Positions 13,395-24,150 of a stretch of DNA of 64,000 bases are shown here, piece after piece. Below the pieces are notes generated by a model. The model saw only the letters and a list, made by a program, of their open reading frames with translations. It had not been told where the DNA came from and searched no databases. The stretch is from positions 36,642,001 to 36,706,000 of the forward strand of contig NC_043012.1 of NCBI RefSeq assembly GCF_006345805.1, in the 5' to 3' direction. Every line of letters starts with the position of its first letter. The first letter of the stretch is position 1. The position numbers and the translations under genes are program-made. The DNA comes from Octopus sinensis (Eukaryota).

Positions 13395-14489
13395 GTAAGC
13401 ACTTAAAATAAGCATTTTTCCTTCTATATTTCTATGTACATAATAATTCTTTCTAATTTTGGCTCAAGGCCAGCAATTTTGAGAGGAAGAGAAAGTCAGT
13501 TATATCGATCCCAGCGTTAAGCTGGTACTTCATTTTATCGACCCAAAAGGGATGGAAGGTAAACATTGATTTCGGCAGGATTTGAACTCAGAGCCAGAAG
13601 AAATACTGCTAAGTACTTATGTCAGATGCGCTAACAATTCTGCCAGCTCACTGTCTTAATAATATATATATATATTTTTAATAGCAATTAAGCATAAATT
13701 AAATGAGTGGGAATTGAACCGGTATGTTAAATTAAGGCACTGTGACTCTCCACATACAACAAAGTTTGTTTCAACACACGAATTCACACAAGGAATCTTG
13801 CAAACCAGATACAAAACATTTTATTATTTTAAATAAATTTGTTTTCATTTCCAGTGGAATAATTTGAATAATTTCAGTATTTAAGTGTGAAGTGATGAAA
13901 TGGTTTGTGAAAAACTTGCTTGGCGCTGACAAGTTTTCCACGAATAGTCGTCTCAGCTTGTTTTCATACACAAAATGCTCCAAGAATGTCATTTCTGAAA
14001 GAAATACAGTTCTTCATAGCTCCTTAACTCATTCTCTTTCTTTATTCTTTATTCTTAATAGTTAATTCACCCAGAGTATCAGTAGCGTAGCTTGGGGTAG
14101 AGTGAGCCGCCCCTGGCGACGGTTTTCGGAAGGGGAGAGAAGAAACAATTTTGGGGATGACCTTCCTAATGCTAGCAACTTTACATCATCATCATCATCA
14201 TCATTTAACGTCCGCTTTCCATGCTAGCATGGGTTGGACGGTTCAACTGGGGTCTGGGGAGCCCGAAAGCTGCACCAGTCCAGTCAGATCTGGCAGTGTT
14301 TCTACAGCTGGATGCCCTTCCTAACGCCAACCACTCCGAGAGTGTAGTGGGTGATTTTATGTGCCACCGACACAGGTGCCAGACGATATATATATATATA
14401 TATATATATATTAATCAAAATAAAAACATGATGCCAAGGATGTTTTTATTTTGATTAATTTACTCCACCACCTACACCACCAAACGGTA

Positions 14490-15040
14490 TATACAGGTGC
14501 TTATAATTATCAAGTACTCACCCTGAATTTCTGTACCCAACTATATATATATATATATATATATATGGGTTCTCCTGCTTGTGTGGCATGGTACAGAGTC
14601 CTGTTGTCAGGTATAGGGTCTTCCAGCAGTCATCTTGACCCAGGGCAGCACTTCCTCCTTCAGGCACTTGAGGTAGGTCTCCGTGTTGAGTGCGAGGCCG
14701 TGTTGGAAGATAAATGGAAGCATGTGTCATCACTGGTGATCACTCCAAACACCATGATGTTGATTGGGTGTTTGATTTTTATCACTCTTGGTACATGTCC
14801 TCAGATTGACACCCAGACACTCTGAAATGTTCATATTGGAGCTTCTGGCTTGAATGCCATGCACTACAACATGTTTCCAAAATTCTGGCAGAGTGAATTG
14901 TGTCATGGTGCTGTTTCTCTCACAGACGGTGCCCAACTGACCCTACTGTACTGTGTAATCGACAAAATAAAAAACAAACAATGCGCATGCTCAAAATTAA
15001 AAATATAAAATGGCAACAATTTACTCATCGCACCTTGTAT
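14490..15040 (-). mobile_element. Internally deleted Tc1/mariner (maT-like) element remnant
   Basis: Minus frame gives FIFQHGLALNTETYLKCLKEEVLPWVKMTAGRPYTWQQDSVPCHTSRR, a DD-domain segment. Ends ta-caggtgc / gcaccttg-ta resemble imperfect TIRs. Confidence 0.65.
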
Positions 15041-15169
15041 ATGTATATATATATAAGTATACACAAAACATAAAGAAGAATGAATAATTATACATCTTCA
15101 AAAATTATTTATTATTCCCAAAATAGGGATAATGCTGTAAAATCCATATTGGTATCAAAATCTATACCA

Positions 15170-15400
15170 GCCCCTGTTCCCAAGGTCCCAGCTATCCCGT
15201 CTAGATTCAAGGGCACACAGCTATTTAACACCTGATGGATCTTCATTGAGTAGGGGGAGATGTTTTCAAGAAACAACTTGACCTCCTGCTATCCAAGCTT
15301 TGGATATTAACCTAAATCAAGGCAGGAACCTCAAAAGAGGGCAGCAGTGTTGAACTCCCTCCTTCAGCAAAAGCCAATCACATATGATTGGCCATTGAAA
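15170..15400 (+). mobile_element. CR1/L2-type LINE 3' end remnant
   Basis: Degenerate SRFKGTQLFN...DVFKKQLDLLLSK...SRQE...RAA-like reading. Confidence 0.45.
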
Positions 15401-16139
15401 GGGCTGAAAGGTATAAAAGAATTCAAAGAATTTACTTCCAATCCAATACGTGTTTCTGCTGGATAAATGCCTTAATGTCCTTTGACACAGTATTTAGGTG
15501 CATTTAGTTGGTTCAGGCGCAGTAAGTATTCATCCAAGGTAAACTATTCCCATGTAGCTTTGTCCATGTTCAAAGAACATGGATACAACCTGTTAACCCC
15601 CAATTTTATTTCTCTTTTTAATATTTGATAAGATGGATACAATCGAAACCGGTTATATTTTAAATCACTCACAAAAATATCAAACATTCTCTAAAATATA
15701 TTTTTGTGCCTTTTCCAACTTTATTTACTTTTTTAACCAAAATTCTTGATTTGTATGAACTCTTAACCCCTTTTCAACTATATATATATATCTGGCTCCT
15801 GTGCAGGTGGCACATAGCATGGCTGTTGCCAGTACCGCCTGACTGGCCCCCGTGCCGGTGGCACGTAAAAGCATCCACTACACTTGCAGTGTGGTTAGCA
15901 TTAGGAAGGGTATCCAGCTGTAAAAACTTTGCCAGATCAGACTGGAGCCTGGTGCAGCGATCTGGTTCGCCAGTCCTCAGTCAAATCGTCCAACCCATGC
16001 TAGCATGGAAAGCGGACTTTAAACGATGATGATGATGATAATTGGGGGAGAGGGATTCTCATCCAGATATCCAATTAAGTTATACAAGAAGGAATCATTC
16101 CTAATAACTGGCATTGCAGTATCATCATAAACAGTTATC

Positions 16140-16340
16140 AATGTAAAGGAGATGTCTTAGAGAGAAGTAACTATTTAGGAATCAGACTATTGGATCAGAT
16201 TATGAAGGTCATGGAGAGAGTTAGAGCTCAATTGATTTGTGACAAGATTGAGCTAGATGAGATGTTGTATGGCTTCATATCCAGAAAAAATACCACAAAT
16301 GTAATCTTCCTAATGAGGCAACAGTAGGTGAAATGTTTGG
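16140..16340 (+). mobile_element. RTE LINE reverse-transcriptase remnant
   Basis: Decayed KGDVLERSNYLGIRLLDQIMKVMERV...LDEMLYGFI...TTNVIFLMRQ motif containing stops. Confidence 0.7.
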
Positions 16341-16939
16341 CTCAGAGCACAGTAATAGCTTACTTTATGGGGACCCACTCTACGAGACCCTGGGTTTACG
16401 AGCTTTATTTTATTATAAATTTTTCTAGGACAAGATCCAAATTTTGAACCAAGTGCAAAAGTTTCTACTGCCATAACAAGTGCTTCTGCATATTACTGAG
16501 AAATTTATTGAGAGCAAATAAAAGCTTCTTCTAAGCAAACAACTCTACACTTGATTTTTAAGAAAGAGATCTACAAGTCTGTCTATGAGTGCTTGTGAAT
16601 CTGCAATCACATCTCCAAGTGATGGTGTGCATGTGTCTAGTGCGAGTGAAAGTGGTTCAGAAAATGGTTATAATAATATTTTTAATTATAAGTGGTCTTG
16701 ATATTCTTTTTGCTTTATATAAAATAATCTTTACATTCTACTGTTATTCTATTGCCATTTATTTATGAGTATTATAAATTTTACAGGTAAAATATTTTTC
16801 TGGGAACGAATTACGATTTATAACATTGCTACTATGGGAAATTATTGCTCTGTTTTACGAGTTTTTTGCTTTATAAATGACCTCCAGGAACAAATTAACT
16901 TGAATATTGAGGCATTGCTGCGTGTGCGCGCGTGTGGTG

Positions 16940-17045
16940 TCACTGATTTTTCCCAGTCGCATTTTCCCAGCCGACATTTCCTAGTCACATTTTCGTAGCC
17001 GACATTTCTCGACAGCAGTTTTTCTCCCAGCAAAACTACTTTAGA
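16940..17045. repeat. Tandem 14-15 bp subrepeats (ttttccca/ta-gccgaca), Mutator-TIR-like remnant upstream of V3; related motif at 10060-10100
   Basis: tttttcccagtcgca ttttcccagccgaca tttcctagtcaca ttttcgtagccgaca tttctcgaca; gccgacattttcgt also occurs near 10062. Confidence 0.5.
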
Positions 17046-17366
17046 CAATATTTTCTGTTTTTGTTTGCAATAATTCTATGAAAATTATAATTAAACACAA
17101 GTAATCAATAAGGAAATGGATTACATGACGGGAAATGTTTTTTCGTTATGTTTAATTAAGGCTGTAAATTAATTATTTTCACTGTAAAAAGGTTATCAAA
17201 CAATTAACTTCACAATTTCTCTTTATAAAATCGTCAGAAGATTTAGAAATAATAGCGATAAATACTATCAAGTTACAAAGTTTGGTTCTTTTAGTAATTG
17301 CTTCCAGGAATATTCGAGAAATATTCGTTTGCTATAATTAAGTATTAACAAATTTTATGCTGGAAT

Positions 17367-17729
17367 ATGGACAACAGCATTTCATATATCTCGAGTATCA
17401 GAGGCAAGGAAAAAGCTTGCAACAACGGCTATGTCTATGGGTTTGACAAGAAAAGCAAGCTGGACAACCAGCTGTTCTTTTACTTGTGCGAGAGACAAAG
17501 ATACGAGCAATGTCCAGCGAGGATCCATGTGAAACACGACACGGTGGTCAAACGCATGCATCTACACAACCATGTTCCAAACAGACCAAGGAAAAAAACC
17601 TTGAAAATAGCTTCTGGGATCAGAAGTCATGCGGCCGTGGCCGCGGCGGACCCGATGATGAATGCCATCGTGGCAAACAGGACAACCAATATACCACCAG
17701 CCTCTCTTGCAGCAGCAATGAGACCAAAT
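17367..17729 (+). CDS. FLYWCH zinc-finger first coding exon V3 (121 aa), ends at phase-0 donor
   Basis: SSIRGKEKACNNGYVYGFDKKS...FFYLCERQRYEQCPARIHVKHDTVVKRMHLHNH retains all four Zn ligands (W replaced by Y). In-frame TAA at 17346-17348 has no AG between it and the ATG, so this must be a first coding exon. Donor AAT|GTAGGT at 17730. Confidence 0.8.
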
Positions 17730-17850
17730 GTAGGTACAACCGTTTACTTTGCCTGTTCATCTACATATAGAAAACCCCCCCATATATATAAGAAAAAAAC
17801 ACTTTCTTGAAATGTATCCGGTACTTTCGGTACCTATACCGAAGTTACGC

Positions 17851-17882
<32 letters not shown>

Positions 17883-18036
17883 GTTATCAATAATAATATA
17901 GGGTGAAATCAATTAATTTGGAGTAATCATTAATTTCACCAAGTAGATTTATTCGGTGTGTGGTGAGGCAAATCGTTGCTAAACCCTTAATTACTTAGTA
18001 TATATATATTTATAATGTCTTTTTGTTGAGATAGAC

Positions 18037-18227
18037 CAGTGCTTTTCAACCTTTTTGCTGGAACGGAACCCCAAGAAAACATTTCACAGGCTCGAGGAAC
18101 CCCTGTGCAATGATTTAATTGTCTTATCTGCACAGGAGAATTAAAAATTACTGTCGATTTTAGCATTTTTGTAACTTCTTGCGGAACCCCTGGACTGTCC
18201 TGGCAAAACCCTGGTTGAAAACCACTG
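18037..18227. mobile_element. hAT (Charlie-like) MITE, copy 1
   Basis: TIR cagtgcttttcaacc / ggttgaaaaccactg; 8-bp TSD agatagac/atatagac. Confidence 0.85.
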
Positions 18228-18551
18228 ATATAGACACACACGTAGATGTGTTTATATATACATACATGTGCGTGCGGCTGTGGTGGTCTCTCTTGGCTGG
18301 GATATCGATCGCTGGGAAAAGCGGCTGGGAAATGTGTTACGTTGTGTGTGTGTGTGAACATTTTATATTGTCGAGAGAGATTCTTGGTTTTGGCATAATC
18401 GGTCTGGTTTTCTTTTAGAGTGTATCCTAGTTTTTCCTGACTTTATAGACTAACTGATCACACACGCGCACGCAAAGGTGTGTGTGTGCGTATATAATTT
18501 CATTTACGTACCTGGAAATTCTACGAACAAATTCTGTTCATCGTTTCAATA

Positions 18552-18620
<69 letters not shown>

Positions 18621-18640
18621 GTCGTTTTGTTGATATAGAC

Positions 18641-18841
18641 CAGTGCTTTTCAACCTTTTTGGTAGAACGGAACCCCAAGAAAACATTTCACAGGCTCGAG
18701 GAACCCCTGTGCAATAATTTAATTGTCTTATGCACACATATCTGCACAGGAGAATTAAGAATTACTGTCGATTTTAGCATTTTTGTAACTTCTTGCGGAA
18801 CCCCTGGACTGTACTGGCAAAACCCTGGTTGAAAACCACTG
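18641..18841. mobile_element. hAT (Charlie-like) MITE, copy 2 (part of a tandem duplication)
   Basis: Same TIRs; perfect 8-bp TSD atatagac on both sides. Confidence 0.85.
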
Positions 18842-19169
18842 ATATAGACACACACGTACGCAGATGTGTTTATATATACATACATGTGCGTGCGGCTGTG
18901 GTGGTCTCTCTTGGCTGGGATATCGATCGCTGGGAAAAGCGGCTGGGAAATGTGTTACGTGTGTGTGTGTGAACATTTTATATTGTCGAGAGAGATTCTT
19001 GGTTTTGGCATAATCGGTCTGGTTTTCTTTTAGAGTGTATCCTAGTTTTTCCTGACTTTATAGACTAACTGATCACACACGCGCACGCAAAGGTGTGTGT
19101 GTGCGTATATAATTTCATTTACGTACCTGGAAATTCTACGAACAAATTCTGTTCATCGTTTCAATATTA

Positions 19170-19202
<33 letters not shown>

Positions 19203-19488
19203 CTTGTGTGTATATATATGTGTGTGTGTGTGCTTGTGTGTATATATATGTGTGTGTGTGTGCTTGTGTGTATATATATATGTGTGTGTGTGTGTGTGCT
19301 TGTGTGTATATATACATGTATGTGTGCGCGCGAGTGTGTATGTGTATACGAGTTCCTTTTTATGTGTTCGTTTGTGAGTGCTTGCATCGACGTTACTCTG
19401 TATATATGAGTGTGTGTGTGTGTTTCGTTTTACATCCGTTTTTCCACAGTAGTTATATATATATATATATTTCATAACTTTATTAATA

Positions 19489-20187
19489 CAGTCAACTCTC
19501 GCGCTACTTTGCCAGTTTTGCGCGGTCCCGCTCAAATAATTAACAAAAGATTTTTTACTATGCCACCTTCAACTCTCGCTACTATGTCACTTGTAAACTG
19601 AAGCGTACGCAACTTTTCGAAATTTTGTACATTTCATATTTGTAATCTTGTGGAAAAGTTCAGAAAGTGGCACACAATGTCAGCTCAGAAACGCAAGCGG
19701 ACTGAGTTTACGCTGAAGGAAAAGAAGGAGATTATCGATGCTGCGAAAAACGAGCCGAACCAGTCTAAGCTGGCTAGAGAAATGAGCAAGAAATGGGGCA
19801 TCGAAGTCAAGAGGACCACGGTGAAGGGCATTCTCAACAGAAAGGATGCAATCGAGGCAGCCATCAACGTTGGAATTCCATGGAAGTGCACGAAGCTGAC
19901 GCAATCTCACAACCCGAAGCTCGATGATGGCGGGCTAATGTGGCTGAAACAAGCAAGAGGACAGAATCTGCCGGTCAGTGGTGATCTTTTGAAGGAGAAC
20001 TTAATAAATTTGGAAGTCTTCTTTTTACCATTGCATTGAACTTCTTATTGGCCTTACTTCCTACCCTGTGAATTTTTATTCGTATGTTCAGTAAATTTTT
20101 GGTTATGTAGTGTTTAGATAACAGACCCTCGGTACTATGCCACTTTGGCTCAGTCCCGCAGGGTGACATAGTAGCGAGAGTTGACTG
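19489..20187 (+). mobile_element. Internally deleted Tigger/pogo element retaining the CENP-B-type HTH DNA-binding region (ORF from ATG 19677)
   Basis: TIRs cagtcaactctcgc / gcgagagttgactg flanked by TA. ORF RKRTEFTLKEKKEIIDAAK...QSKLAREMSKKWGIEVKRTTVKGILNRKDAI...HNPKLDDGGLMWLKQARGQNLPVSGDLLKE matches pogo/Tigger HTH domains. No DDE domain is present. Confidence 0.9.
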
Positions 20188-20271
20188 TAGTGACTTCGAA
20201 TACCACTTTCAAGTGTGTGTATATTTTTATATGACTACGTGTATGTGTTATGCATGTGTGCATATATATGT

Positions 20272-20302
<31 letters not shown>

Positions 20303-20414
20303 ATATATATATACGCACAGATGCGCATGTACTCAAGCATATATATATGTGTGTGTGTGCTTGAGTATGTGCACATAAGTGTGTGTATAGCTTATTTAAA
20401 GCAACTTCAATAAG

Positions 20415-20818
20415 TCAGTTCTATATTTAAGAGACGAGGAATTATGTACATTATTTACATTTGACAGATATTTGTCCTCATCTTGTTTGTTGTTAACACA
20501 ACGTTTCGGCTGATATACCCTCCAGCCTTCATCAGGTGTCTTGGGGAAATTTCGAACCTGGCATATGGCATAGTGGTTAAGAGCATGGACTACTAACCCC
20601 AAGATTCCGAGTTCGATTCCAGGCAGTGACCTGAATAAAGATAATAATAATAACAATAATAATAATAATAATAACAACATCGAAAAATACCTTAGGAATG
20701 AGAACCCAGGTTCGAAATTTCCCCAAGACACCTGATAAAGGCTGGAGGGTATATCAGCCGAAACGTTGTGTTAACAACAAACAAGATGAGGACAAATATC
20801 TGTCAATTGTAAATAATG
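20415..20818 (+). mobile_element. tRNA-headed SINE with Penelope-type hammerhead-like tail and an inverted 5' copy of the tail
   Basis: 12-bp TSD aacttcaataag (20403-20414, 20819-20830). tRNA-like A box tggcatagtggtt and B box gagttcgattcc at about 20565-20620. An inverted repeat of about 110 bp spans 20450-20560 and 20706-20818. Confidence 0.75.
20495..20540 (-). ncRNA. Minimal type-I hammerhead ribozyme-like motif (Penelope-type)
   Basis: Minus strand GACAC CUGAUGA A GGCUG-GAGGGUAUAU-CAGCC GAAA CGUU GUGUU gives stem I, the core, stem II, GAAA and a palindromic ACGU stem III. The + copy at 20727-20772 has CUGAUAA (core mutated). Confidence 0.55.
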
Positions 20819-21788
20819 AACTTCAATAAGCCATGCAACGAGTAAAATTTTAAATTCACTGTCAGTAAAGTCATTAAAAAATGTTGGTGTCTGCATTTGT
20901 ATTGTTTTCCATTTAGTAAATTCCTCCTCTTCCTCCTCCTCCTCCTCATCATCATCATCAAGAAGATGATCACCACCATCATCACTTTGCATTTATTTTC
21001 CATTCTGGCATTGCTTGGACTGTTCATTCTGGTTTGAGTCAGTTCTTATTTGGAGATACTGACCCCATAGATGGGTTGAAGAACAACATCTCATTTTGTT
21101 GTCTCACTTTTGATTTGGTTTCTATGGTTCGATGCCCTCTCTAAAACCAACAGCTTGATAGTGTGTATTTAGACATATTTCCTCATGACAGCAACTCTAA
21201 GGATGTTACCTGGCCCTCAATAAGATCTGTCTTCTTTCAACTCTATATTTGTCTTTGTTCAGTTGGCCAGCCATTTTACACGGGGTACCAGGTGCTTTAT
21301 TTCATGTCACTAACATTTTGAGGTTACTTACAATACCAAAAAGCTTCCACAACCATGGTTCCAGGTTCATTTCTACTACATGGCACCTTCATCAAGTGTC
21401 TTCTGCTATGATCCTAAGCAAATTAAGTATTTGTGAGTAGATTTGTGTGGGTCAGCCACAATTTGAAGAAGCAGATTTTTTTTCATGGCCAGATACTCTT
21501 CTTTCTATCACTTCTCACCCGATTCAAAGCAGGTAATACTTTTTTATTTTCTAGTTCAGACATGGTTGTAAATGGAAAATTGCAAACAAATGATACTGTT
21601 GTATAATGGGATTGAACCTGCAATCACTTGGTTGTGAAATGTAACACTTAACCATACAGCCATGACAGCACCTCTCTGTCTCTCTCTCTCTCTTTCTCTT
21701 ACATACACGTTCTTTCTCTTTTCCTCCCTCATCTCTCTCTCTATATGTTTCTGGAATGTGAGGAAATATTTCTTTCATATTTTTGCAG

Positions 21789-21887
21789 AATGCTAACTAC
21801 AGCACCAGAAAGAAACTAAGCAAATCTTCAAGAGCAAAACCCATTTCTGACTTGGATCCTTTCAGTTCCGAAGTTAGTAAAGTAAAG
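21789..21887 (+). CDS. Internal coding exon A (99 nt, phase 0/0): NANYSTRKKLSKSSRAKPISDLDPFSSEVSKVK
   Basis: Acceptor tttcatatttttgcag|, donor AAG|GTAAGC. Only the phase-0 frame is open; the other two frames stop within 30 nt. Confidence 0.6.
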
Positions 21888-22067
21888 GTAAGCAAAAATA
21901 TACGATATAGGTTAGGTGTGTGTGTGTGTGTAGGGGTGCAATGGGTTGTTGTTTTGACACAGTGAGTTGAGAGAAATTTGGCTGCTCTTTTTAGCGTACT
22001 GAATAACTATGTAGGGGTCTCCCTATTGTCTTGTGTTACAACTGGTTGATAACGAGTTGGGGTAGTT

Positions 22068-22515
22068 GACAGAAGATTGAGGTAGATGACTGAAGACTGA
22101 GGTAGGTGACACTGTAGTAGATGACTAAAGTTTGAGGTAGATGACAGATTGTGGTAGATGCCTGGAGATTGAGGCTGATGACAGAAGATTGAAGTAGATG
22201 ATAGAGAATTGGGATAAATAACTGAAGATTGAGATAGATGACTGAAGATTCTGTTAGTTGACTGAAGATTAAGGTAGAAGACAGAAGAATGAGATAGTTA
22301 ACAGAAGATTGAGTTATATGACATAAGATTGAGGTAGATGACTGAAGATTGAGGTAGATGACTGAAGACTGAAGTAGATGACTGAAGATTGAGGTAGATG
22401 ACTGAAGACTGAAGTAGATGACTGAAGATTGAGGTAGATGACTGAAGATTGTGGTAGATAGCAGAAAATTGAGGTAGGTGACTGACAATTGTTGTAGATG
22501 ACTGAAGATTGAGAT
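22068..22515. repeat. 20-bp minisatellite (gaagattgaggtagatgact)n, about 22 units
   Basis: Direct inspection; it accounts for the spurious 218-aa minus ORF. Confidence 0.9.
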
Positions 22516-22563
22516 TGATAAAAAAAATGTGAGGAAACTGAAAATATTTCTAATATATTTCAG

Positions 22564-22680
22564 CAATATAGTCATTTCAACCGAAGAAAGAAAGTGACCA
22601 AATGTCCAAGAGTGGAAAATATAGAAATGTTGTCCACCCCTGTCACGGCTCCCTTCATTCATGAAGTCACTGAATTCAAG
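22564..22680 (+). CDS. Internal coding exon B (117 nt, phase 0/0): QYSHFNRRKKVTKCPRVENIEMLSTPVTAPFIHEVTEFK
   Basis: Acceptor ctaatatatttcag|, donor AAG|GTAAGC. Open in phase 0 and similar in motif layout to exon A. Confidence 0.6.
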
Positions 22681-22849
22681 GTAAGCAAACAAATGTATAA
22701 GGTTTCGTTTTGTTGCTGTTTTTCTTTTTCACTCAGTTTACTTAGTGACCACCAAGGCAGTAGGGACCCCCCCCATGTCTTCACTTGTCGTAATGTATGT
22801 ATGTATACTAATCATATCTCTCAGGCACGTGGAAGAGAGTGTAATTCGG

Positions 22850-23280
22850 CAGGAGGACTTAAATGACATGCAAAGGTACATGAAGCCCAGTTACAACTAC
22901 AGCCGGCTATTACCGGTAAAGGTTTTAGTTGCCAATTCTGTACAAGACATTGTAGATCTTTAGCTGGGCTAAAAAGTCACATTCGATCACAGCACCAGTA
23001 ACAGTTAAGCTTCGTGCAATGGCCATACTCGATAACGAGGGGGCAGCCATAATGTATGTATGTATGTATGTATGTGTATATATACATGTATGTGTATATA
23101 TACATGTATGTGTATATATACTACAGCCGGCTATTACCAGTAAAGGTTTTAGGTGCCAATTTTGTACAAGACGTAGATCTTTGGCTGGGCCAAAAAGTCA
23201 CATTCGATCACAGCACCAGTAACAGTTAAGCTTCATGCAATGGCCATACTCGATAACGAGGGGGCAGCCATCATGTATAG
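22850..23280 (+). mobile_element. RTE LINE 3' end, tandemly duplicated (period about 224 bp)
   Basis: Two copies of cagccggctattacc...ctaaaaagtcacattcgatcacagcaccagtaa...gagggggcagccat, encoding the C-terminal C2H2-like motif CQFCTR.CRSLAGLKSHIRSQHQ and followed by a (tatg)n tail. Confidence 0.7.
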
Positions 23281-23659
23281 TATACTATGTGTGTGTATGT
23301 ATGGTATAGTATGTATGTATGTGTGTGCATGCGTACATATGTATGTATATATGTAAAATATAACCGGTGTGTATATGATGAGAACACTAATTTATAATTA
23401 TCACTCAATGATAAGACGTTGGCACTGCATGGTACATTGGACAAATGGCTTCTGTTATAAACTTACATGTCCATATGAACGAATGGTTCTTAACCTGGGT
23501 TGTAGTGTCCAGTTGTGGGCATTGTGGGATCACAAGATGGTAGCAAATGCCTAATGGGAACTGGATGTTTAGGCAAGTTGTGAATGTTCTCAGAAACAAA
23601 ATGTTTCAACTCAGTGGAATCCTTTTATTTTAAATATCAATAAAAAATCATTGGAAATT

Positions 23660-24150
23660 GTAGCTGTGATACCAGTGCTGGTGGCACGTAAAAGCACCTT
23701 CCGAACGTGGCCGATGCCAGCGCCACCTTGACTGGCTTCTGTGCCGGTGGCACATGACCTGCTGTGCTTGAGGAGACCTATTGAGTCAAGTACATCAACA
23801 TCAAAATAAATATCAAATAGAAATTGTTGTTGTGATACCTGTGCCGGTGGCACGTAAAAGAACCATCCGAACATGGCCATTGCCAGTGCCACCTCAACTT
23901 GCCTCCGTGCTGGTGGCACGTAAAAAGTACCAACCGATTGTGGCCACTGCCAGCCTTGCCTGGCACCTGTGCTGGTGGCACGTAAAAAGCACCCACTACA
24001 CTCACGGAATGGTTGGCATTAGGAAGGGCATCCGGCTGTAGAAACACTGCCAGATCAGACTGGGCCTGGTGCAGCCTCCTGGCTTCCAAGACCCCGGTCG
24101 AACCGTCCAACCCATGCTAGCATGGAAAGCGGACGTTAAACGATGATGAT
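23660..24150 (+). mobile_element. SINE-like family 3 with internal gtggcacgtaaaaagcac repeats and a (GAT)n tail (representative copy). Others at about 45-180, 14190-14380, 15795-16040, 24380-24715, 26150-26630, 27375-27500, 28400-28725, 42410-42715, 46975-47290
   Basis: Consensus ...ggagtggttggcgttaggaagggcatccagctgtagaaa...ccaacccatgctagcatggaaagcggacgttaaacgatgatgatg, on both strands. Confidence 0.8.

Noticed and set aside
19097-19601. Stacked ORFs of 60-126 aa (MCVCV/HTHT type), with many similar ORFs elsewhere in the track
   Set aside because: They are translations of (CA)n/(TA)n microsatellites and SINEs.
20558-20631. tRNA gene
   Set aside because: It has A and B boxes but no convincing cloverleaf or acceptor stem, and lies inside a TSD-bounded SINE.
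22036-22692. 218-aa minus-strand ORF with a repeating LQSSxIY pattern
   Set aside because: It is the translation of the 20-bp minisatellite.
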